The notes under the pieces are model-generated. The model was not told the DNA's origin and searched no databases. It saw only the letters and a program-made list of their open reading frames with translations. The position numbers were made by a program, and so were the translations under genes. From a virus: DNA of 64,000 nucleotides. How positions within the stretch are numbered: position 1 is the stretch's first letter; each line of letters opens with the position of its first letter. The stretch is taken from the IMG/VR virus record IMGVR_UViG_3300036985_001643, positions 15,280 to 79,279 of that record. One strand, written 5' to 3'. This document shows positions 31,201-39,600 of this stretch, piece by piece.

Positions 31201-34200
31201 GAAATAGAAAGTGCATTTAAAACTGCATCAGATAGTTTTGCAGAACTAGCTGCTTTAGAACAAAGCACAAGTGTTGTAAAAACTCAAAAAACAGAATTAG
31301 AGAAAGTAGAACAGGTTAAAGATGTAGTAATAAATGGAGAAAAATATTCATATTATCCATTAGCTGTAAGCCAATCTTCAGGAGCATCTGTGTTAATAGC
31401 AAACAAAAAATCTATTTTAATATCAGACGATTATGGAAATATTTCTGAGTTAGAAACAGCTGAAGAAAAGATTACAGAAAACGATATTACAGCAGGTAAT
31501 ATTTTTTACATGACTGTAGAAAAAGGAGTTCCTAGAATTGTTTCAATAGAAGAAAGTTTACCTGAATTAGGTAATGAAAATGGTTTAAGAACTTATTCAA
31601 TGAGAATAACTTCTTATGACGCAGGAGGATCAAAAGAAATAGAGTCAGGAATTGGTGATTTAGGAAAAATAAAATCATTAGAAAGTAGTATTGGTAAAAG
31701 TGATCTTAGTAAAAAAGAATTAGCTTCAGAGTTAAATAAACTAGGAGTAAAGAAATTAAAAGTAAAGCAAGGACTTATTGTACCTACAATACCTTCAATT
31801 ACAAATCAAGGAAACTTTGAAGAAGATAATACTATTGAGTTACCTAACGATTTAAAGATAGATGCTGCTATTACTTTTACATCTAGTAATGTTTTTCAAA
31901 AAACTTTTAAATCTATAACTACAGCAATTGTAGCAAGTAAGTTGCAATTTACTAAACCTGGTAGATTTATAACTAAAGAAGGAACTTTAACTAAAGAAGG
32001 TGAAGAAATATTAAAAAAATTAACTTCTACTGCTTCTCCTAAAAATTTAAGAGAGTTAGATGCTTTAATTTCTAGCAACTTAGATAAACAACTTTGGGAA
32101 AACGAAAAAGAAAATAGTATAAACTCTATTGTTTTAGACGCTATTACTCAAAATAAAAAAGTAGCTAATTCGTTATTAAGTACAGGAAGGGTAAAATTTA
32201 ATTCTGAATATAGTAATGCATTTGTTGCTACTAGAGAAACTATTAGAGCTAAAAACAAAGAAAATATACAACAGTCCTTTAATAATATTCCAAGTTTAAA
32301 AGAATTAAATTCTCCTGCTTTAGAACAAACTACAGAGCAAGTTATTGCTAACTCTCCTATTCCTTCTGCTGAACAGCAAGTTGAAGAAGCTATTGATCCT
32401 GAAACAATCATAGAACAAGAGGCTATTCAAATGTTAGCTGATCATACAATTGAAGAAATTAATGGATTCTTAGACAATATTAATATAGGTTTAATCACTG
32501 AAGAAGATTTACAAGGACAATCTTTAGAACAAGTTAAACAAGCAATTAACAGAGCTAAAGAAATACATAAAAAGAATAGTGAGAAGAAAACAACTTTCCA
32601 ATTTCCTGGAAAAAAGAGTATTACCGTTGATGGTAACACTAAAGATTCTACGGATATCTCAGAGGATACTTTTGATTATTTAATTAGTCCTCTAAACGAA
32701 GAACAAGTAGACGAGTTAAACGCTGAGGTTGAAGCAATGATTATTAGAGGTGTAGACTCTGAGACACAACGTTCTTTAATTGCTTATATATCTGCAGAGA
32801 TTATTCAAAAAACTCTTGCTGAGAAAGAAGTAGGTGGAGCGAGAACAGTGAAGGTTAAAGATATAATGGATACCAATAAAGAATACTTTATTGCCTTAGC
32901 AGAGTACTACAAGGAAAACGGTTTACCTAACAAAGCTAAAAGATTAGAAGCTGTTGTAGAACAGTTTGATAAAGTAGATAGGTTAGTACAACAATACATG
33001 AGTCTTCTTACTACAGGTACAGTAACTTCTAAACCAAAAACAGAAAGTGAAGAATCAGTAGGATTAGAGAAGACTTTATACACTGATGATTGGGCGTTTA
33101 CTATCGATTCTAAATCTACAGCTTCTGGAGATTTAAAGAAATTCTTTGCTAATATACAAGCACAGGATAAAGACGGATTAAAACAAAACAGTCTAGGGTT
33201 AGAAGAGATAATGCCTTTTGATGCAGTATACGATACTCTTCACGAGATATTAGCTAACAAACCTGCTGACTATACAACAATGATGGAGATTCTTAAGTTG
33301 TATGCAGAGAATTTCCCTTGGATAAACTCTGTAGTAGAATCTATAGAAAAAGCTCCTGAACGTATTAAAAACGAATTTGTTTCAGATATGGCTAAACACC
33401 ATATAGAGATGTCGTTTGTAATGTGGGAAAGAAACAAAAACGGTACTTATAACCTACAACGTTGGTCAAGTAACTCTGCATCTAAAGAGAATAGATTAAG
33501 AGCGATGTGGCAATCTAACTTAAGAGGTGTAGGTACTTCTAGTAACATTGTAGTAGTTAATGACGAAGACGAATACGTATTTGACCACGTAGTTGTAGAT
33601 AGATTAATAACTCAAGCAGAGAAGTTTGCTGAGGATCCTTCTGTGGTTACTAACGATGATATTGCTAATTGGTTAGGTCAATTAGGTATTGTACTTGCTG
33701 ATGACACTTACGATGACTTACGTAACGGTTTATTCAACAATAAAGGTAAGAAAACCTTTAACCAATTATTTACTCATTCTCAAGGGTTATTTAAAGTACT
33801 TACTGCTAAATTAAAAACTATCAGTAATGGTAGACCTAAACCAGGAAAACCTAATACTAACTTAGTAGATAACGCTAATTTAATGACGGATAGTGTTGTT
33901 AAAGCATTGGCTAAATTAGACGCTACTAATAGTCTTAATACTTCTTCTAACTCTTTCCAATCGGGTGGTAAAACTGTTTACTCTTACGGTAACAATAACT
34001 ACTTAGTAAACCGTATGAGAGACTTAACGGCTCACAATGGAGAAAAGTTTATTAACGAAGAACTTATTAAGCATTTACAAGATACTTCTTTTACTAAAGA
34101 TAGTTTATGGTTAAAAGATATTACTTCTACAGATGCTTTAGGAGAAGCTGCTAGAAGAGAGTTAGGGTTAAACTACTTATCGTTAGAAGCGTTAAAGAAA

Positions 34201-36171
34201 AAGTTTACACCTTCTCAAGATGATCGTAAACTAAACAACTTGACACCTGCAGAACACGAGGTAATTAAGTTAGGTTTATTCTTAAATAATTCTGGACAAA
34301 CAATAGGTAAAGAAACTAGACGTAGTGTACAATTCTTTTATCCTACAATGTCGGATAAAACTACTATGTTGAGTATCACTGCTTTAGCTAGAGAGTTAAC
34401 ACTTGAAGAAGGAGTAATATCTAAAGACAACATCAAGTTGTTATTTGATGCTTTAGTACAACCGGAAATTAATCGTATTAGAGATAAACAGGCTTCTGAC
34501 ATTAAAGGTTACGAACCAAACTACTTTTACTTTCTTCCTGCTCTTAATACTCACCCTATTACTATTAATGGTAAAGAGAAAACAGTGTTAGACTTTGTTA
34601 AAGATAAAGACGATAGTATTTACTCACAAGAGTTTAAAGATCAAGTAGAGGCTAAAATTAAAGAAACATACGAACAGTTAGTAGAAGACAAATTAAAAGA
34701 CTGGAAAACTTTAGGTATTGGTAAAACAGTTAAAGACAATAAAGGAAGAGTATCTGAACAATATATGTTTTTAAATTCTTCTTACATGGCCGATGTAGCT
34801 AAAGGTATAGGAGAAGCTAAAGTTAAATATGCAGCAATGGATTACATATTTAACAGTTTAATAGCTAACTCTGAATCGTTTAAGTTATTTGCTGGAGATC
34901 CTGCGTTGTATGCTAAGTTTAAAAAAGATAAAACTTTACAACAAAACCTTGAAGAAACTTTTATCAATATTGGTAAACGTCTTGCTGGAGATATTGCTCC
35001 AGGTATAGAGTTAGCCAACAGTACTAACAATAAGTACCTTCAAGTATTCTTAGAAGATAAGGAGTTAAACAGTAACAATGTTAACGATTCTGTGCAGTTA
35101 GAGTACTTCTCTAAGATAATGAAGGACTATAAGAAAAACTATTCAGGGATAGAAGGATCGGATGCTCAAGAGTATACTACTTGGCAAGAACACATCTACG
35201 TAATGAAACAATTAGGTAGAATTACAGATAACCAATTTGAAGTATTTAATCGTAAGTTGACTGCTCAAACAGATAAAGCTGCTAAAGGTATTCCTTTAAG
35301 CAAAGCTGATAAACTTACATACGAAGAGTTAGGTTTAGTAATGCAACCTATCAAACCTGTATACGTAGGTAACATCGCTGTAACAGATGACAACGTAGAC
35401 AGAAGAATCTATATTAAGTCTTCTAGTTTCCCATTGATTCCTGAGTTAACTGCAGGTCTACAAATAGAGAAAGTACGTAAAGCTATAGAAAAGTTTGAAA
35501 AAGAAGTAGGTGGTAATATATCTTCAGATGGTAACCCTGCTTTTGTTAGAGCTTCTTTTGGTACAGCCAACAAAGTAGGAGCTGTTAAAAACGCAGTAAA
35601 ACTATTTGATGATAATGGTAACGTAAATGATAACTTAGAAATTAAAGAAGAAAACTCTTTAGTACTAAATCGTTCAAACTTCCGTATCCAACAAGACGTA
35701 CCTTACAAAAGAGAAAAGAACGAAATCAACGTAGGTTCTCAAGAGATGAAGTTATTGTTCGTTAACTTATTAGACGTACAAATCGATGAGAATCACACAG
35801 GGGAACAATTGTTAACTAGTTACAATCAAGCATATAAAGAATTGTACGAATATGCTAACGAAAAATTAGCAGAAAGATTAGGATTAGTTACCGAGACTAC
35901 TTCTACTCCAGAGTTAGTAAGTTTGTTAGAAACTCCTACAACTACTGCTGTTGCTGATACTCACGCATTAAAAGAATCTTTGAAAGGTAAATCTACTGTA
36001 CAAAATGTAATAGCTAAACAAAAATTCTCTGAAGAAAAAGGTGAAAATACAATAGATAGAGTTAAATTTATAGACAAAAACTTTGACAAGATTGTAGCAT
36101 CTTTACTTAAAGACGAGCAAATTAAAGTCTTATTCCAAGACGAGAATAACCAAAATAAAAAATGTGAATAA
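25246..36171 (+). CDS. Giant virion cargo protein (3641 aa) carrying the N-terminal part of the crAss-type virion RNA polymerase
   Basis: C-terminal ~1000 aa has KRLAG, DAQEY, QPIKP..YIKSSSFPL, NKVGA, RIQQD, GSQ.MKL motifs as recalled for crAss RNAPs; N-terminal hydrophobic Gly/Ala segments; central repeat-bounded inserts. Confidence 0.75.
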   Translation: MAKKKIVPPPPSPVRLQALSLDTKSDKTLGYNSDIIDEVGAGEEADSGVMQKHYAQKDANFFDPYEDYVDRKTLHGGQFDIEELNTIRATNQSNWEQAGHAVARVATNIVPQIISGFASMVDLPGYIDAEHAASNKIVNWAMDLKKEVDEDWFPIYEEKPGQSMSLSDPAWWMSRGSGLVESVGSFLAQGFGVGKVVSLGAKGIGSVLQGKKLFAALEAIPGVTSGANVAKRIGGATQSLTTAAMLNQSEAVIEATQVFNDTYKARLDEGWDYAKAKKAAAEAASTTMNLNRINILLNLSSATAFLKGQKYTRQLLKNPTLGHTSKELVKEGSQEAVEELINHVASKAGMAKGAEKNYTFENALNDIHSMEGLEAAFLGAIGGIAQTGGTKALEYSKYGPGSTTDESGVKISKVQDARNRYQQQQEVINELKDKGVKITDALNSVKEQLVFEEKLNAAYASGNVEEVKTLHAQMFENVAAKHFSAGTTEVLENLLKAESQKDPEEVGQDYIDRAKQAVKDLRTLENIYNNAEEYANVDEVYRNRASKLRAEKVVPEATTLQKESEFQLNQEVDAIAKKHMFDRERQVLIKKNGVVVDTETKTEKAPITYSLSDLENNTGDTDANKAVYEKFLAEVKALPSYESTNFYTEQLDALQKQIRDLDKDYKNITSDAYQKTAKAKAAEKTKVEQLTKDLPKVSTISEVEKMKESTTDKDFHKAADAKIEEIKKSNDAQAKQKKTQATVAELNTRIEKATEEELEGLLEEINNAELSQTHKTNLRNAYDRRASILNGTPVAVSPEEENPLGAFGFTNNNPNDTAEEIKREEESRATNLPKDLPNPKTETKDVEQQVADTATKLLETDTTRVTGQDTQGNLTYAYGKSTEGHNSGAVLSREFTQTENGGIVTREESTDDIENLQVLDPEVLQSGTPLIMEVDTDYIGPKYDPSSSTRETTSWVDRLAVLKAKAEQQGIPLTQLKEYIAEVPIKVTMEDGTTVFYVHDNAWFREENLDNTPDAIAQDKANNFKIREQIIKKGKVTTKVSYKSFGHLFRAYDGSKITTSEAMPDSDLALSVCKNESLDFTKGKLLPTTLQEGRTYAIVPVGPDTYLPVPLERAPITQEIVDSIMIAVEAHLSGDTENPVVQAIGNSNLGLDITTTEGLNKYVQQFIYLYPTEKQEGIENLLINQGGSKSTLSSSRPIIAITATGIEFGKPGVQMGSFTNQDGVKVQSFAVVLSKNFKKDAKTTKGLAALRAILESGNILSHTRLENLQKNLDSVILLDNQGATRTIKYSQQVKDSTVTNLRSINIGTEEAPKYVYTIQPTIKFDVAFAKLDKVKKASSTTKKKVTVPKVTVTPVATKTTIPVTTTVAVLQPNDLQLNVSATTKKAGMDSITKQDSSIESFDENKFIRVTKANADDVNGKYYAIDNGVLRIRINGKDAVSGRTGGATQISVKVPVGFNEKVFAEKLKNISHKDGVTTDKAVQQVVNDVRKAIIEAQSTSATTSTIEAKKADIERRRQTGTNVRGTTYKGETTEKDELKVTKYSEFFPDGKRISKGGRIMLPAEFIEEYNITDQDYLDSLEGATEIRIYEVRVGKDGRSGISIQGTFPEGNIETDVAGTELTALSETRDDIEAQKADVERRTTKVISSEIVEKGNRKGQTRTVTQTNSIKDVEGTIVSVTEYEAKVGDTTITLGGKSMTVKEFKEEFPLDEDYEEIFASWPDLNDDTIITVRKVKRTPTNSRYKTVVNIFNPVLGGEMDITIKKDDTKYDAELAALKQPVAGKQVQIDDIERRQRVADIITSQFELGVELPKILETLAEQGYVEKINNSAFFKQSVGRDAIVFNIDGAIVPIYRSSEGTSSKTKGKWYPFFFNAGDWLVKGMADSYKDGYNNPIIKQILNSLNTNYTYDKPIAKVNGNNKEVLVLLGLEGFDEENNGIYDYQNYLAASIVLKDWQSKLGNIDVSGYQEYLDGALSGLIKANPTLKSEIESAFKTASDSFAELAALEQSTSVVKTQKTELEKVEQVKDVVINGEKYSYYPLAVSQSSGASVLIANKKSILISDDYGNISELETAEEKITENDITAGNIFYMTVEKGVPRIVSIEESLPELGNENGLRTYSMRITSYDAGGSKEIESGIGDLGKIKSLESSIGKSDLSKKELASELNKLGVKKLKVKQGLIVPTIPSITNQGNFEEDNTIELPNDLKIDAAITFTSSNVFQKTFKSITTAIVASKLQFTKPGRFITKEGTLTKEGEEILKKLTSTASPKNLRELDALISSNLDKQLWENEKENSINSIVLDAITQNKKVANSLLSTGRVKFNSEYSNAFVATRETIRAKNKENIQQSFNNIPSLKELNSPALEQTTEQVIANSPIPSAEQQVEEAIDPETIIEQEAIQMLADHTIEEINGFLDNINIGLITEEDLQGQSLEQVKQAINRAKEIHKKNSEKKTTFQFPGKKSITVDGNTKDSTDISEDTFDYLISPLNEEQVDELNAEVEAMIIRGVDSETQRSLIAYISAEIIQKTLAEKEVGGARTVKVKDIMDTNKEYFIALAEYYKENGLPNKAKRLEAVVEQFDKVDRLVQQYMSLLTTGTVTSKPKTESEESVGLEKTLYTDDWAFTIDSKSTASGDLKKFFANIQAQDKDGLKQNSLGLEEIMPFDAVYDTLHEILANKPADYTTMMEILKLYAENFPWINSVVESIEKAPERIKNEFVSDMAKHHIEMSFVMWERNKNGTYNLQRWSSNSASKENRLRAMWQSNLRGVGTSSNIVVVNDEDEYVFDHVVVDRLITQAEKFAEDPSVVTNDDIANWLGQLGIVLADDTYDDLRNGLFNNKGKKTFNQLFTHSQGLFKVLTAKLKTISNGRPKPGKPNTNLVDNANLMTDSVVKALAKLDATNSLNTSSNSFQSGGKTVYSYGNNNYLVNRMRDLTAHNGEKFINEELIKHLQDTSFTKDSLWLKDITSTDALGEAARRELGLNYLSLEALKKKFTPSQDDRKLNNLTPAEHEVIKLGLFLNNSGQTIGKETRRSVQFFYPTMSDKTTMLSITALARELTLEEGVISKDNIKLLFDALVQPEINRIRDKQASDIKGYEPNYFYFLPALNTHPITINGKEKTVLDFVKDKDDSIYSQEFKDQVEAKIKETYEQLVEDKLKDWKTLGIGKTVKDNKGRVSEQYMFLNSSYMADVAKGIGEAKVKYAAMDYIFNSLIANSESFKLFAGDPALYAKFKKDKTLQQNLEETFINIGKRLAGDIAPGIELANSTNNKYLQVFLEDKELNSNNVNDSVQLEYFSKIMKDYKKNYSGIEGSDAQEYTTWQEHIYVMKQLGRITDNQFEVFNRKLTAQTDKAAKGIPLSKADKLTYEELGLVMQPIKPVYVGNIAVTDDNVDRRIYIKSSSFPLIPELTAGLQIEKVRKAIEKFEKEVGGNISSDGNPAFVRASFGTANKVGAVKNAVKLFDDNGNVNDNLEIKEENSLVLNRSNFRIQQDVPYKREKNEINVGSQEMKLLFVNLLDVQIDENHTGEQLLTSYNQAYKELYEYANEKLAERLGLVTETTSTPELVSLLETPTTTAVADTHALKESLKGKSTVQNVIAKQKFSEEKGENTIDRVKFIDKNFDKIVASLLKDEQIKVLFQDENNQNKKCE
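29758..31260 (+). repeat. Dispersed repeats (IEA.KA)D(I/V)ERR and (A/T)EL(A/T)AL bounding variable domains
   Basis: gat(a/g)tagaaagaaga at 29776, 30151, 30607; cagaacta(g/a)ctgcttta at 30098, 30554, 31241. Confidence 0.85.
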
Positions 36172-36644
36172 TGGAAAAATTACTTACTGACGTAGAGCAA
36201 AAAGAATTAAATAAGTTTGGTAAATTAGAGTTAACAGCTTCACAAGCTTACTTACACCTTACTAATAGAATGAAGACATTGGGTTACTTTGGTGCAGAGA
36301 AGTTCTTTGCAGGTGAATCTAACGATGAAAGAGAGCACTATGCTAAACATGAAGACTTTATGAACAAGTTTAATTGTGAATTAAGTGTTGAAGCATTGAG
36401 CCCTATTGCTTCTGATGTTAGTAACATTAAAGAAGCTTTAGAAATGGCTTACCAAATGGAGGTAGACTTATTAAACGAGTACGAAAAGTCTTGTAAACTT
36501 CCAGAGTTATCAATAAAAGTTGTACTTTTGTTACAAGAGTTTGTTGAAATACAAAGTGGTGCAGTTGGAGAATACGGAGATCTATTAGCTAGATTAACTC
36601 TAACAGACAACATGTTATTATTCGATCAAGAACTAGGAAACTAA
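36171..36644 (+). CDS. ftn: Ferritin (ferroxidase centre apparently intact)
   Basis: E20, Y27, E53-x-x-H56, E97, Q128 spacing of a ferritin four-helix bundle; G.F.GA.KFF and EYGDL motifs. Confidence 0.85.
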   Translation: MEKLLTDVEQKELNKFGKLELTASQAYLHLTNRMKTLGYFGAEKFFAGESNDEREHYAKHEDFMNKFNCELSVEALSPIASDVSNIKEALEMAYQMEVDLLNEYEKSCKLPELSIKVVLLLQEFVEIQSGAVGEYGDLLARLTLTDNMLLFDQELGN

Positions 36645-36654
36645 AAGTACAATT

Positions 36655-39600
36655 ATGGCTTGTCAATATTTTGTAAACGGAGAATGGATCTCTGAGGAAC
36701 AGTTTAAAGAAGTTTTAAACAATGGTTTATTAGATAATTTAGTAGCCAACGGTACTGTTAAAGAAGAAGGATTTCCCGTAGATAATACTAAACTCCTTAA
36801 AACTGAGACAGTTACTACTACTAAAACAACTGTACCTGTAGAAAAACTAGCAGCAATCTTAGCAAAAGAAGTGAGTACTCGTTCAGGGTATCCATTAAAC
36901 ATGTTAAGTGCTCTAGAGTTGAAAGAAGACAAGTCAGACTTTAAAATTCCTTTATGGGCTTCTCCTTACGCAAGTAAGTTTGAGTCTTTATTAACTTCTT
37001 TAGTAAGTAATAAAGTAGTTAAACAAAAGTTTGCTGGTACATCAAGTGTATTAGGTTCGGAAGAAGGGTTTAGAATTAAACAAGGTGACGAAGCAGCAGG
37101 TAGTTTAAAGGACTCCTCTATTGTATTTTCAGACAACTTTGATCCTGAGAAAGGTTTACAACCGATGAGGGTAGATCCTAAAACAGGTAAAATATTACCT
37201 GCTCAAATAATGTTACCTTTTAAGTTTAGAGACGAGTCAGGTAACATATTGTTTATCAACGATTTCCTTAAATTAGATTCTTCAGGAAGACCTTTAAGAA
37301 CTCCAGACGGAAGAGTAACTATTGACGATAGTAAATTACCTGCTAAATTAAGACAGTTATTTGGTTTCCGTATTCCTACACAGGAGCGTAACTCTATGGC
37401 TGCTGTAGAAATAGTAGGGTTTTTACCTGAAGCAATGGGAGATTTAGTACTAGCTCCTAGAGATTTTACTAAACAGATGGGTTCGGATTTTGACGTTGAT
37501 AAGTTGTACAGTTACTTGTATAACCACTTCTATAAAGACGGTAAATTATACACTAATTTCCCAAGTGATAAGAAGACTATTAAAAAACTAACAGATGCTG
37601 CTAAAGAACATTTAGCTACATTGAAAAGTTCTTTAAAACTAAATAGTGCAGAACAAGCATTGTTAAATGCTTACATTGATAACAAGTTAGAAAAAAACGA
37701 TGATAACGATCAAGACGAGTTGCTTACTAAAGCTACTACTCTTATCGCTAGACTTACTAATTCTCCAATAATGGAGGAGATAGAAAACGTTACTAACGAT
37801 TTATCTATTTACAACAGAGCTTACAAAGCTTCTCGTCAAAATAAAATATTAGACATTCACTTATCAGTGATGTTGAGTAATAACCCTGAGGTTATTAAAT
37901 CTATTATTGCATTAGATTCCTTTGGAGATTTTGAGCAATTAGCTCAAGACTTATATAAAGTAAGAAGTGAGCGAGGTTTAATTCCTCCTATTACCACTAT
38001 TCTTTCAGATACTTATCAAAGAACTAAATACATTAACGCTACAGCAGGTAAAACTGGGGTAGGTTCTTTCTCTTTAGATTCTACTTTTAATGCATCTGCT
38101 CAAGGTAAAGAGTTGACCATCATCAATATGGACGATGAGACTCAAACAAATGTATTTGGTACCCCTATAGAACCTAAGAATCCTACTGCTGCTGAAGTAT
38201 TAGAAGCTAATATGACTGTTGCTGCTTTTGGAACTAACGTTTCTAAAGGAGATTTATCAGACAAATATACACTACGTTCTAGAAACTTAATCAACAAAGC
38301 TAAAGAAGAAGGTAGAGAACTTACAGAGGAAGAAAAAGATTCTTTAAAGATGAAGTCTACTATTATTAGATCTTTACAATCTACAGCTGTGGATAATGAA
38401 AAAGCTCAAATATTAGATAAACTTAACATCAACGATCAAACTATGGATGCTGTTAGAGCCCTTACTATATTAGGGTTTGAAGAGAAAGAAATAGTAGGAT
38501 TGATAACACAAGAGATTATTTGGGAGTTTACTGCAGCATTAAAGGATAACGGTTCTTCACTGACTCCTTTCCAAGCTAACGCTGCAGAAACTTTATTTAT
38601 TGATTTAGTAAAGAAATACGATCCTGAAGGTAAACTAGCAGAATTAAAACCTTACGAATTAGAAGCTTTACAAAGTGCTACTAGTGAGTCATTAATGAGT
38701 GACATCAATACTCAAACGTTACAAGAGTTAAGCGTAGGACCAACACCAGATGCTAATCTTAGACAGTTAGCTGCTTTAGCTAAATTCCTTAAACTTACTC
38801 AAATAGGTAAAGATATTAAGACCTTACAGTCTACTATAAATACTGATTCTAAAGGTGTTCCTAAATCTTTAGTAGAAACAGATGCTAAAGTAAAACAAAT
38901 AGAAAGGTTAGCTGCTTCTAACATCTTTAATGCTACTAAGTTGTTAGGAGAATATGAAGGATCTAAATTAGTTACACCTACTACTCTAAATGGTTTTGCT
39001 TCTAAATACGGTACTATGTTTGCAGATACTATCTACAAACAATATTTCCCTTATCATACTACAGGTTTTAAAGTATTAGTAGATGAGTTACTACAATATA
39101 TACCTAAAGGTAAAAATGCTTCGTTAACTAAACAAGCAGAGTTACAATTAGAGTTAATGGACGCTGTTAAGTCTTTCCTTTATGGTAATGCTAATACAAA
39201 CTTGTTTACAGAAAACCCTGATAGTGAACGTGCTAGATTGTTTATAGACACTAAAACTAACAAAAGTTTAGCTACTATACTACAGTCAGTTTCTGAAGAA
39301 AAGTGGTATACTTCTAATGGTTTCCTTAATAAGTTATCGTTAGACCAACAAAAGAATGGTCAAGTTTCTAGAGTAAACTTCGAATCTGCTTCAGGAGAAA
39401 ACTTAGACGAAAGAGATATCTATGACGGGTTTAACTACTTGTTATCTAAGAATTTCCCTATTGGTACTTTTAACGGTATCGATTATACTTCTCGTATGTT
39501 GGCTCAAGATTTAGTAGCTTCAGCGTTCTTAGAAGGAGGTCAACAAGGTTCTAAACAATACTTGAAGTATGTACCTACTGCTTACCTTAAAACTATAGGT

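Noticed and set aside
29758-31260. CRISPR array or DGR template/variable repeats
   Set aside because: Repeats are in-frame, paired and hundreds of nt apart; no cas or reverse transcriptase gene and no adenine-specific variation seen
36160-36660. Stop-codon readthrough, intron or intein joining the RNAP halves
   Set aside because: A further in-frame stop follows shortly after the TAA; the insert is a ferritin, not a homing endonuclease; no intron core or intein His-Asn/Cys junctions seen
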